Positions 51,800 to 64,000 of a stretch of 64,000 nt of DNA are shown here, one piece after another. The position numbers and the translations under genes are program-made. The notes beneath the pieces are model-generated. The model had not been told where the DNA came from. It ran no database searches and was given only the letters and a program-made list of their open reading frames with translations. Each line of letters begins with the position of its first letter. Position 1 is the stretch's first letter. Origin of the DNA: Octopus vulgaris (taxonomy: Eukaryota); the NCBI GenBank assembly GCA_951406725.2, contig OX597816.1, forward strand, positions 142,228,001 through 142,292,000. Direction: 5' to 3'.

Positions 51800-53358
51800 C
51801 AGATTAGTCATTAATGACTTTAGAATCCAGGCCAGAAGGATGCCAAGAAGTAAACCAATCTGGTAAAGAAGGATTTGGAAGCTTAAGGGCCTTTCATATG
51901 GTCAGAGATTTAGGAACATCCTAATTGAGAAATTCAATGAAAGGGAGGAGGAACAACAGACTTGTGACATAGAGAGCAATTGGGAATTTCTGAGGGACAC
52001 CTTGTTGAGTGCCACAGACCGAATCTGTGGCTGGTGCAAAGTCCCAACTAGACCTAGGGTAACATGGTGGTGGAGCAATACAGTAAACAGGGCCATTAGA
52101 ACTGAGAAACAAGCCAGGAAATCCTGGAAGAATGGGGGTAGCAAAAACCAAAGTCCTAGTTATTAGAGATGCAGACAAATCACAAATCCTTTCAGGTAGA
52201 CGGCCCTGCTCAATCTGTAGAAGAGGTGTAAGTAGAAACTCCATAAGGTGCACCCAGTGTAAGCTTTCGACACATAAAAGGTGCAGCAATATCAGAGGAA
52301 GGTTAATAAGGAAACTAGTTTTTGTATGTGGAAGATGTACAGGTACAATAAATGCTGAAAATGGGCAGAAAATAGACTCCATCAACTGCTAAGAGAACAA
52401 GCTAGAGGTAGTAGATAGCTTCCGTTATCTAGGTGACCAAGTTAGTAGTGGAGGTGAATGCTCTGGGAGCATAGCTGTGAGAATAAGATTAGGATGAGCA
52501 AAGTTCAGAGAGCTCCTACCCCTGCTGGCAACAAAGGGCCTCTCTCTCAGTGAAAGGCTGATTGTTTGATGCCTGCCATGCAGCTATGCTGCATGGCAGT
52601 GAAACATGGGCTGTGACAGTCAAGGACATGCATAGGCTTGAAAGAAGTGAAGCTAGTATACTTTGCTGGATGTGCAATGTCAGTGTGCACATTCAACAGA
52701 GTGTAAGCATCTTGAGAGAAAGGTTAGGCATAAGAGGCATCAGATGTGGTGTACAAGAGAGTAAACTGCACTGATATAGTCATTTGATGCATATGGATGA
52801 GGACAGCAGTGTAAAGAAGTACCGATCTCTAACTGTGGAGGGAACCTGTGGTAGAGGTAGACCCAGGAAGACATGGAACGAGGTGGTGAAGCATGATTTT
52901 CCAACTTTGAGCCTCACAGAGGCAATGACTAGTGACCAAGACCTTTGGTGATGTGCTGTGCTTGAGAGGACCCGTCAAGCCAAGTGCACCCAAGCTGGTG
53001 GCACGTAGAGAACATCTTTTGAACACTGGGCTTCACAGAGGCAAAGTGGATGAGTTCCATTCAAGCATTGGGCCTGATGGAGGCAAAATGGCTGAGTTCC
53101 TTTCAAGTGATGAGCCTCACAGATACAATGACTGAGACCTTTGGAATTGTCATGCTTAAGAAGACCCATCAAGCCAAGCAAAATCACAGTTGTGACAGAT
53201 ACTGATGTCACACAAATTGGCATCCATGCCGGTAGCATGTAAAAGCACCCTTGGAATGGTTGGCATTACGAAGTGCATCCAGCCATAGAAAACCATGCCA
53301 AATCAGACTGGAGTCTGGCGCAACCTTCCAGCATGGACAAGACATTTGATGATGATGA
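51800..53358 (+). mobile_element. RTE-clade LINE relic with a PHD-like finger, RT core deleted
   Basis: WEFLRDTLLSATDRICGWCK...TWWWSNTV (tether), AKTKVL + C4HC3 finger, LEVVDSFRYLGD, KFRELLPLL, MLHGSETW, RGRPRKTWNEVV, then the shared 3' tail with (GAT)n. Confidence 0.9.
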
Positions 53359-55182
53359 TACTCTATGTTAATGTTACTATTATATGTGAATCCAATTCAA
53401 TGTAATTTAGTGGTAAACTCTGCATCAGTGTGCTAGTGAAATACAGAAAGATTTCTAGAATGAGAACATAAATTACAAGGTAATTAACTTTATGCTGCTA
53501 AAAAAAAAGCGGTAAGGTTAGTGTTTTAAGTTGAAGTCCTTAATTTTAAAAAATGTGAAATTAGAAAGGAGAAATATAAGCAAATGCTCAGAGATATTTT
53601 TACAGTGGGCAAAGTATATTGAGGAATGGTTGATGGTTGAACAGAATAGTGGGGAAGTTGGGGAGAGGGTCTTTTTGCTGACTCTTTTCTTTTTTTTTAA
53701 ATGGTAGTGTCATTTGAAGATTTAGTTGCTATATCTAGCAGATGAGCAACAATGGATAGGATTAGCACTTGTATTTGTAACATTTAGTGGTCATATATAT
53801 ACATACTCATACATGCCAATTGTGTAGAAAATTTTAAGATTAGATAAATTACTTCTTTCGACAAATGGGTGTAGAAAAATATCCTTCAGTTTAAAGTTCT
53901 TCATTCTATACTGAAAATACAGTTAAAATATAGGTACAGTAACTGGGTGATTAAGTAGTAAGCTACTGACCAAATTGGTCACAAATCTAAATCTTACTAC
54001 AGACTTTGTTCTGTCTTTAAACAAAGCTTTTAACTGTTCTCACTGTTGTGTTCCTAACTAACATACAAAAAAAAAGTTCCATTTTTACTGGTGGAAATGT
54101 AGTAAGAGGAATGAGCATCCAACTGTAAAAATATTAATCCAATGCAAAATTAACTCATCCAAACAAGTATGGGAGCATGGATGAATAATTAATAAGACTT
54201 GCTTGGTTAAATTGACTTCTTGAGTATTACAAACATATAAACTTTCATTAGTTGAACATGGTCATTATGTTACTCTTTGAGTCTCATTTATTATATTCCA
54301 CTTATTTGTGGTTGTTTGTGCTTGACTTCTTCAAAGGTTTACACAATGACACTAATCATAACACTTTTATTTTGATATTAATAAATGTGGATTCTTTTTT
54401 TTTATGTTTGTGTATATTTTAATATCAGCACTATTCCTCATTACCTCCCTCAATTTCCTTATCATATTTTACATGTTATTTCATATTGGATTCCATGTAG
54501 ATTAACAAATCTGTTACATCTTCTCTCTTATCCACTCTTTGATTCAATCTTTTTCCAATCTTAATTACCTTGCATGAAAAATTTCCTTGTTTTATCCCAG
54601 CTCTATTATTAAGCTTCATAACCAGATCTTTTTGGCAGCCTCATTACATGCTTTTATAGCTTCAGACCATGTTATAGTGTTCCATGTTATTTTATGTTTC
54701 ATTGTCTCAGATATTATGAAATGACATTAGATATTGTGAAATGTTATAAATGGCACAAATTTAATTCCAGCTTTGGCTTTATCATATGTAACATCAGATC
54801 ATTGTTATGTCAACTTTGGCATGATCCATTATGAAGTTTAACCAACCAAAACTTCTCCTTTTGTATTAACCATTCAGGTTAGATTTATAAAGCAAAATCT
54901 GAAAAGTAAAAAGATTTATAATCATTGCTGCCCCTAACATTTTTCAAAGTCAAACAATTTTACTTTTTGGAGCATACACTATATTTTTCTTAGTGAAAAC
55001 TATTTTGTATTTTCAGTTGCAACCAAGCTGCAGTTATTGTAGGATATAATAAGTCAAGTGTTAGGATCTGAAACCTATATCCTTATTTAAAAGGTGGTAG
55101 GTTGTTTGTTGAGAGAGATTTTGCTGATATATTAAGCACATTGATTGATGATATTTAAGCTTCTTCAGTTCAGCAATAAATT

Positions 55183-55690
55183 AAATGTGAAAGTAGGTGC
55201 CCATCAAGACCCACTCTTCAGCCCACTCATATTCATTATAATCCTGCAGGTCATCACAAAGGAGTTTGACTGACTGTCTATGGGAACTTCTATATGCTAA
55301 TGATCTAGTATGTATTGCAGAATTAGAAAGGAAATTCCAGGCATGAAATCAAAATCTAGAAATCAGAGGTCTTAAGGTAAATTAAGCAAAGATTGAGGTA
55401 TTATTAAGAAAGAAAGCAGGACTCTTCTATGGCTATGGAAATGGCCAGACTCAATATGCAAAAGACTACATGGGAACTCCATAGCTGTACCCAGTATAAA
55501 CTATGAATGCAGAATAGGCTTACAAGAAGTAGTTGATAGCTTCTATTATTTGATTGTGGTAATTAACAGTGGAGGTGGTGGTTGCTAAAGTAGAGTAACC
55601 AGAATAAGAATGGAGCTGTTACCTCTGTTGGCAACAAAGATCTTCTCCTTCAGAGTGAGGAGCAGTTTGCATGTTGCTTGTACTCTAACT
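55183..55690 (+). mobile_element. Older RTE-LINE RT-core relic
   Basis: VKVGAHQDPLFSPLIFIIILQVITKEF and LWELLYANDLV (compare GVHQGSVLSPLLF and LLYADDL), then ELLPLLATK. Confidence 0.8.
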
Positions 55691-55700
55691 GAGATACTTG

Positions 55701-55931
55701 AATCAGTATTGTCTTTGATCTGAAGATACTGTATCTCAGAGAAGATGACAGTCTCCAGCACTTTTTCTTAAGTTTTCCACAGTCTCCCTTTTCCAGAATT
55801 TTTTCTACTTTGGAATACCTGTTGCTTGCTTATGCTGCAATCAGCCTAAGAAAGTGACAGGTATTCTGAGGTGCTGGGGACTGATCTAAAGATACTGCAT
55901 CTCAGAGAAGATGACAAAGACAATATTGATT
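55701..55931 (+). other. Nested inverted + direct repeat module (possible structured RNA)
   Basis: 35-nt direct repeats at 55716-55750 and 55882-55916 (2 mismatches), set between three inverted-repeat pairs. Confidence 0.7.
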
Positions 55932-56154
55932 GGTATACTGAAACAATAGAAGTGATAAAGGCTGGAATTTGCATAATATAAACATAAATGGCTGGATACA
56001 GACACATGTGCACATATATGCATATGGATCAAATTATGCCAGTTTGCAATGAGTCTTGAATAGTCATCTGAGTGGTCATGGATGGAAACTTGGAAATGCC
56101 ATTGACAACAAGGAAGTACAAGGTGACAATCATGTATGAAGATGGAACAATCAC

Positions 56155-56156
<2 letters not shown>

Positions 56157-56200
<44 letters not shown>
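56157..56200. repeat. (TG)n microsatellite
   Basis: Directly visible. Other (TA)n tracts occur near 17750, 19955, 29660, 32110, 32511, 33058 and 33248. Confidence 0.95.
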
Positions 56201-56204
<4 letters not shown>

Positions 56205-56774
56205 CATGCATTCATACACAGCTGCCCACATGCGCATGCTCTTTATTCATATAAAAATAATGAATGCATCTTCCACTAAGTTAATGTGTACACATAGAGA
56301 CACACACATACCTATATATACACACATACACATCGACATATATGTGCTTAACCTTGCATATTTAGAGGTACACACAAGAAATTCTTGTATATGTTGTTGC
56401 AGTACCCACAGACCATTGAGTGGTTAGATATACCCTAGGTGTGTGCTTAGTTACTACACATTTGTCCATTGCGTGTGTGTGTGTGTATACATGCAAACAT
56501 GCAACAGTGAATGAATACCAGATTCAACAACTTTGATAATGCAAAAATAAGAAAATATAGAAATTGCAAATTACAGAAATACAGATTCAAGAACCAAGAA
56601 TCTGGTATCCAAATTACAAATGTACAAAACACAGAAAATTCAGCATTGCAAAATCCAAAATCTAAAGCAATGACATGATTGTAGTGGTACAGATTTATAA
56701 ATATAGGGATCCAAATATGTAAATGCTTGCAAGATTATCTAATTGTATGAAATAAATGCATGTATCCTGACATG

Positions 56775-56920
56775 AACCCTTTCAGTTGAAGAGGGAATCC
56801 CTTTGTTGCCAACAGAAGTAGTAGCTCTCTGAACTTTTTCTATCCCATTCTTATTCTTTTATGCTTTCTCAATACCTACTTCCATGGCCAATTAGATCCC
56901 CATGGAAGCTACCTTTAGTG
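56775..56920 (-). mobile_element. RTE-LINE fragment
   Basis: The minus strand reads RIRMG*KKFRELLLLLATKG, homologous to 52480-52550. Confidence 0.65.
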
Positions 56921-59900
56921 TGCTTTCTATGCTTGTTTCATGAATGCCCTCACTACTAACTACTCATACACATCTTATACAAAATCCTCCAACTCTGACA
57001 GCCTTCCTTTAAACAAGCTTGTACTATGTGGTTCTCAATAGCACAGCAGGTACTATGTGGTTCTCAATAGATCTTGTATTGTTCTCTGTCATAGATCTTT
57101 CACCCATCCTTTCTTCAAATTTACAAATGGCAAATAGGACTTTCATTTTCCTTACCCTTCCTCTCTTGTTTGTCTTCTGTCTTTGAAACAATTAAGCTCT
57201 TATCCTGATCTTACTACTCATTAGTCTGTATTAAGTTATAGATGTTTTAAAGACAAGACATATATTTTACAGCCAGTTACCTGTCCCATTTCCTGCTGAG
57301 CATAAATTGCATTTGGCTTGCATGTTCACCCTAGTAGTATCTGATCAGGTGGCTGACTTTCTAATAACTATGTTGAAACTGAAAATCATTTGGGTCATGG
57401 AACTTATATGCACTTATATACACATACACATGCACACATATGTGCTTGCATGTACATATATATTTCCACATACATCCATATAAATGTGTGTGTGTGTAAA
57501 TCTATTCATCTTGCCCTTATCCATCAACTTTTCCAATATTTGGACATTTATTCTTGTTGTATTATGATATTTTCATTGGTCCCACAGTGCAGATCAAAGA
57601 AGCTCCTTTTTTGATATTGAAAGATTAAATATAAGAGGCTGAATGAATATTTGACTTCTTTTTTTTTTATGGTTTATTAAATAATTTTCTCTCCTGCCAT
57701 CCTATTGTTATGAATCAATAGATCTCCTCTGTCATGCATGCTGACTTTTCCAAGCTGTCTATATTACTTGAGAATCGTGATTGTCTCAATGTTAATATTC
57801 TAATGTAAATCTAGAACAGTTTTGTTAATATGGTAACCAACTCTTACAGAAATATCGAGTAAGAATTCAATACAAAGACATTCATCTTTTTCTTTTATTT
57901 ATTTTTCTGTCTTCTTCCCAACTCAAAGAATAGATTTCCCTTGCAAGATAGATCTAAAACATATTTTGATATAAATTACTGGCCTTTATAAATGTATCTT
58001 TATTTGTCTTGACTAATGATTGATCTTGTTCAAATTTAAGCCAGTTCAAATCTGATACAATTCTTCTGTAATCCTTAGTTCTTTTGAATCGGTTCCATCT
58101 CATTACTAGTATTCATTGGCTTGAATATTTTCCACCTCCTATCATCTATCATTGCCCGACATACAACCTAACTCATCCATTGTCACCATATATTCACCAG
58201 AATGTTGTCATTATCCCTCACATCCTGAAAGTGACTGATGCTTCATATAGTCAAATATTTTATCAACTCAAACCTTCCAAGCTATCCTTCAGATTCTACT
58301 TCCACATTTATGTGTCATATTCACCCCTCCTGTTTTATTTCTCTTTTTTTGTTTCTCTTTTTTAAATTTTTTTTTTACTTCTCCCTTTTTTATTCCCTTT
58401 TCTCTTCATCTGTCACTGTGATATGTTGAGAGTGGTAACCATCAGCATCCTCATCATCATACAATATTAACATACCACCACCATCATATTACCATACCAC
58501 TGCCATCACCATATAACAGATCAATTTTTCTGACCATGATCCACTTGCATTCAGCAACTCGCTTATTACAAATAAAACATGCAATCTGCTTTTTTGTGTT
58601 TGAATAACATCTAAAAAGAAAAAAAAGTGTTTGAATCCATCATATCATTTCCACATCCATTTTCCCCACATTAGCATGAATTGGAAGGGTCTGCAGTTCA
58701 TGACAATATTAGAGAAAAATTCTTGTATGCTTTAGCCGTGGATTGTTATATGTTATAATAGAGCTTCCGTCATTTCTGACATTCAGCCATTTTGACAATA
58801 AAATTCTTTGTGAAATTCTCATGTTTCTCCATTTTTCTTAACAATGGCTTGCTGTTAGTGAGTGATTGAAATTTGAGGGAATCTTTTAGATTATTGAATA
58901 TTTCATAGGTTCTTTAAATTTCTGGGAAATCACCATTTTAATACTCTCATTTATCTAGTGTTTCATGTAATTGTTTACCATAATAATTGATCATGGAATT
59001 GAATTTTAATTAGTTATTCTTTTGTTATATTCAGAATCCTAATGATATAGGAAATGCTACAACCTATTGTAGTTTTGGAAAGGGGGAAAAAATGAAAATA
59101 GCAATATTTTGATTCAGTGAGTCTCCTCATTTATAAGATGGTTTATTGGGGTAGATTTAAAGCAAAATGCAATATATCGATTACAGATATGATTAAAATT
59201 TTGCCACTTCAGCTTAGACGTTTATTTGCATTCGCTTGTTTATGATTTTAAATTTCAAAGTAGACAATTTGGAACAGATTTATAATTTCTAGTCACTTAA
59301 AACTCTTTATTAATAAAAATTATTTTATATCAATCATTCTGATTATTGAAATTAAATTTCACTGTACATGCAAAATAGCATTTTTAATTAGTGTACAATT
59401 GTAAATTGCAAAGCATGTTGTATATAAAGCATATATGAAAAAAGAAATCACAAGGTTTTAGATAATTCACAGCTTTTGAGAATCTTGTTTAGTTCTCTAT
59501 TTGTATAGATGATAGCATATATTCCTCTTGTTTTTTTCTGTTTCATAATCAATTCATTTACAATATTCTACAGGATTATGAGTTCCCAAATTTGTTTTTC
59601 CATTTAAGTATAGTGTAAATCACTATTCTAATTTTTTGGTTTAACTGTTTATTCATGTTTTCTAAGATTTGTTAAAATATTCATGATATTTAAATTTTTT
59701 CATTTAATTTTCCCCACTAGCTTATTAAGATATTTACAGCTACAATGTTAAATTTGTCAGTTATTACTGTTTATTTATTTGATTGCATTATGTATTCTTT
59801 AATTTCTTTTACCTATACTTTTGACTGCCAATTACTAGGTTTTAATTTGTTTTAGTTCTTCATTAATATCTTATTTCTGAAGCTTACTTTAGAGATGTTA

Positions 59901-62384
59901 AAGTTAGTATTTATCTGATTTGTGGTTAGTAATGATTTGTTAGATATAATTTGTGATTAGTCTCTTACTTGTCAGCGCAGCCATGCAAGCACTGAAAATC
60001 TTCAAACAGCAGCTCTTTCTGCTGATTTTCAAAATGTAAGCATTTTCTCTATATAATGAAGTGACGATCACTCCCTTCTATCTGCATTCTTTCCTTTATT
60101 TTGATATCTCTAAAATCCTGTTTTTTTTTCACTACATTAATTCTTGTATCATTGGCCTTTGTTCAGGCTTATACAGTCTTCTGCAATCCTTTCACATCTT
60201 CAGGTAAACTACGCAAGCCTCTGTACTGTGCCATCAAGTGTCCATTCAGTAAATTCACTGTGCCAGGTAGACAATATTTTAGAGAAGAATTGTGTATTTG
60301 ATACATTCCTACTGAACATAATAATTATTAATATTATATTCAACAGAAGCAGATTGAAATAGAATATTATTTGCATGATAAATGATAGAAAAGTATGGAG
60401 ATTGATGTCAACCCACATAATGCTGGATATAACTGAAAGTAATGAGAAATTCAGTTGAACCTTAGAAATGTCTCAGTTTATCACAAAGGTATCTGAAAAA
60501 TATTGTCAAGTCTAGAAGAGATGATGTGTTCTATGTGAGAGTTTTGCATTCAAATGACAAAATTTTAAAAACAGGCCAACAGGCCATAGACAGAAATATT
60601 TTCTTGATTGTCATTCTCTACTTGACCAGAATCTTTGATGTATTAAATTTTATAATGTTGCCTTTGCCAAAAAGTGTTTAGGAACATGATTCTGAAATAT
60701 AATTTTTATAATATAATAATTTTATCATGATGGTACCAAAATCTTATAAAGTCAACTATCTTGAATGTATATGTGACTAAGCTTTCTATTAAATCATTCA
60801 TCAGTTCCATGAAGAATTTACTTTCATCAAAATACATTGAGATATTGAAAATCTTTAAAATAGTTGCACTTGTAATTTTTATTCTTTTTAAGTGTGGAGA
60901 GCTGCTTTGCTCTACCAAACATGTAATGTTGCATAGACTTCTGCAGTTTAATGCCTATAGGCAAAGTTACAAGCCAGCAAGGAATCCTACAGCTTATTGC
61001 TCAACCTGCTAAAAGTGGAAGCCACTCCCTCTTAAATCACACTAAACTTGGTAAAATGAAGGATACACTGGATAACATATTCCTATATGCAAAAATATGA
61101 GATGGCCTTGGCTAGAATACCTTTGATCATATGTCCTTTCTTTCAGAGCTAACTTGAGCAAAACGACACGAAAAGTGGGAAGAATTCTATACACTGGATT
61201 CTCATCATCAATTACATATTTCAAAAGCATAATTCTCTTCTACAATGCATTGACATTTTCTTTTTAAGCCCCTTTCAATATTGAGCTTGAAGTTATTTCT
61301 ATTGTTACTCAATACAGCAGTTACTGTACTGGGCAACAATGCAAAGCAAATCATGGTACCAAAATGAACATTTTTGCAAGTATTCAGAATCTTTAGTTTA
61401 CTTTGCTCTTTAAAAACTGATTCAGAACAATGAATTTTTAAACTCTCCATATTCTTCTAGATTACACAACTGATCGGTGTTCTGAAACTAGTTTCTGATT
61501 GGCTGTCAGCTTATTAGTTGTGCATTGTCATCTTCATCAGTAGTAGTAGCAGCAGCATTGCCATCATCATTTCTAACATGAAGGATTGTCAATTTCAAAA
61601 TTGGTGTATTATAAACTTTATAATTTCTTTTGTAACTTAATACAACAAAGTGTTCCCTGACAAACCATTGTAGTTGAGCATTTGAGACACCTATTGTAGG
61701 ACTCAAAACAACGTAATGGCAAAACATGCATAGGAATTACTATATAAACCTGCATTTATTCTGATTTCTCCTACATTTGTTCTGTATATTTCATAACTAG
61801 TAATATTACTCAGTATAGATGTTACATAACAACTATGCAGAAAGCAGACTGGATTATGTAAATCTGTGTGGAGCTCTACACATAACAGTTGCAGTTGTAC
61901 ATCTGTTTGTACACACAATTCTATTTTCTTTTATATTTAGTTTTACATCATATTGTGAAGTTGTATATGTTAGTATTTGTGTAGATATACAGCTTTTGTC
62001 TTGTGTGGACAGTTGTATGAAGTATTGTATAAGTATGGGATGTATTGCAAAAGGAATGATTTAGTAGCAACAGTTATTAATGAAAATTAAATGATTGTGG
62101 CACTACTTGTTTCACTTGAATACAAACTCATTTTGTAATGTCACACGTGCACAAGATTCAACTAAATATGCCCTCTGACCTAAGGACATTTTCATTCAAG
62201 TAATTCAACTGTTGTTCTTCCTCATTTCTTTGTCAGAAGAGATTAGTTATTAGATTAGCAATTCATATTTGTAATCATCATTACTATTGTTATTATTATC
62301 ATCATCATTATTATTATTATTATTATTATTACTACTACAACTGCTGCTGGTGGTGGTGATGATGGCGGCGGTGGAGGAGGAGGA

Positions 62385-63310
62385 GGAATTGCCAGAGCTT
62401 AAGTATTTCTTCTAATTCTTTGTTCTGATTTCAAATCCTACCAAGGTTAACTTTAACTTTGCCTTGATTGATAAACTAAAGTACCAACCCATTATATTCT
62501 GAATTCAGATTCTGCCAATGCTGACTTTACTTTTCACTTTACAGGATCGCTGAAGTCAATGTGATTGACTCAGTCCCTCCTTCAGAATTGCAGGTCTTGT
62601 GCTAAAATTTGAAAATATGAATATTATTATTGCTATAACAGCAATGAAGTTGCTGAATGTTAATCAAAATACTATTCATTCCAGTTCTTTACATTCTAAG
62701 TTCAAATCCTGCCAAAGTTAACTTTGCCTTTCATTCCCACGGGTGTGGATCAATAAAATATAATTCCAGTCAAATATTCAGTGATATAAACTAACCCCTC
62801 TCCTTAAAATTATTGGCTTTGTGCCTAAATCAGAGACAATTATTATTGTGGTGGTGGTGAAGGAGGAGGAAGATTGGCAGAAGTATCAGAACATTGAACA
62901 AAATGTGTTTCACTACAGCTCTTTATGTTCTATCCTGCTGAGGTCAACTTTACCTTCCCGTCCATTCAGGGTTATTAAAATAAAGTACCAATTAAGTATT
63001 GGGTTGATGTAATTGACTAACCCCTGCCCTCAAAATTGCTGGCCTTGTACCTAAATACCTAAATTACAAATTATTATAATGGCAGTGGGTTGGCAAAATC
63101 ATTAGAGAATTGGATTGGATTAGATTGGACAAGATGTTTTGCAGTATTTAGTCCTCACTCTTGACATTCTGAATTCAAGTCCACCAAAGTAAAGTTTGCT
63201 TTTCATCCTTCCAGAGGAAATGTTATTAAAGTAATTTTCAAATATTGGGTCTAATGTAATTGACTATCTTCTCCTCCTACCCATATTGTTAGCTTTGTTA
63301 GAAATGATTA
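62385..63310 (+). mobile_element. Head-to-tail train of about 5 decayed family-A SINEs
   Basis: Repeated TTCAAATCCTGCC.A.GTTAACTTTGCCTT...ATTGACT...AAATTGCTGGCCTTGT units separated by (ATT)n/(GGT)n. Confidence 0.8.
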
Positions 63311-63597
63311 TGAGCATTAGTGAAAGAAGTGGGGGCTGTGATATATTAATGAGCATTAATTGAAGATGAACTGAATAATTGTCTGATCATTTTGGTGCCA
63401 TAAACATTGGAAAATATGCATTTGTATTTCAATTTCCAATTTTTACATTTTACAAACTGATGAACTGATGCTTTAAAATTTTTTTTTTTTTTTTAAGTTT
63501 CAGCTCAGAGCTGCAGCCATGCTGATGCACCGCCATTGGCCATGCTGATGCACTGCCATTGTCTAAGATATTTTTCTAGGACCTCATTACTCTACGG

Positions 63598-63991
63598 CAG
63601 AGGTTATCAATGTTGGTGGCACTGCCCGCAAGGGTGTACTGGGCATGTTGAAGGGGGCAGTGAGGGAGTATAATTAATATACTAAATTTTATTATAGTAG
63701 TAATTAAATTGTACATGGTAACACTAATAATGGTTATTAAAAAAAAAAGGAAATCTCACCAGAAACAGAGAAGTCATTAACTTCCATTGTATAAACTAAA
63801 TTTACAACTTATCATTTCACTGTTAAAAGCTTATACAATCCATTTTTAGAGTAAAATTTATAATTTATCATCGATGTTAAGATAGTTTAGTTGTGAGACC
63901 TCAATTGCCACTTAGGTGGGTACTAGGCATGGCAACTATTTCAAATAGTTTGCTCCAAAAGAAAAGAAAATATGGGGGTTAAGAACCACTG
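63598..63991 (+). mobile_element. hAT MITE related to the 9963-12053 element
   Basis: Ends CAGAGGTTATCAA and GGTTAAGAACCACTG. TSD CTCTACGG/CTCTAGAG (6/8). Subterminal sequences are shared with 9963-10150 and 11995-12053. Confidence 0.85.
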
Positions 63992-64000
63992 CTCTAGAGT

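Noticed and set aside
55720-55750. Hammerhead or hairpin ribozyme, or SECIS, in the D repeat (CUGAAGA...GAAG; AGAA/AGUC; AUGA...GA)
   Set aside because: GAAA and stem III/UH are missing and the second copy reads CUAAAGA. There is no hairpin-ribozyme loop B. SECIS register, apical loop and intronic location do not fit.
60167-60203. Candidate next exon (CAG|...AYTVFCNPFTSS|GTAAAC)
   Set aside because: Weak donor and no similarity to the expected continuation of the fibrinogen-like domain.

Overview
AT-rich, CpG-depleted eukaryotic genomic DNA. The SINE, LINE and MITE repertoire looks like an octopod cephalopod (inference from recalled repeat sequences). Almost all ORFs in the supplied track are spurious. 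The window lies inside one large + strand gene. Six GT-AG exons (5409-5579, 20657-20735, 30528-30683, 35295-35430, 36073-36179, 38418-38552; 784 nt) splice in frame into a laminin-G / EGF / fibrinogen-like segment of a Neurexin-IV/Caspr (CNTNAP)-family protein. The start and end of the gene lie outside the window. The introns (0.6 to >25 kb) are packed with decayed transposons: a hAT (Charlie/Buster-like) element and its MITE, two mariners, a piggyBac deletion derivative with TTAA MITEs, a Merlin-like MITE, CR1-group and RTE LINE relics, tRNA-derived SINEs and foldback elements. No complete new system can be proven from sequence alone. The best leads are candidate structured RNAs: a palindrome with hammerhead-like cores in both polarities (28.2-28.4 kb), a tandemly amplified pseudoknot-like module in RTE 3' tails, and a two-fold symmetric rod with K-turn-like junctions (55.7-55.9 kb).
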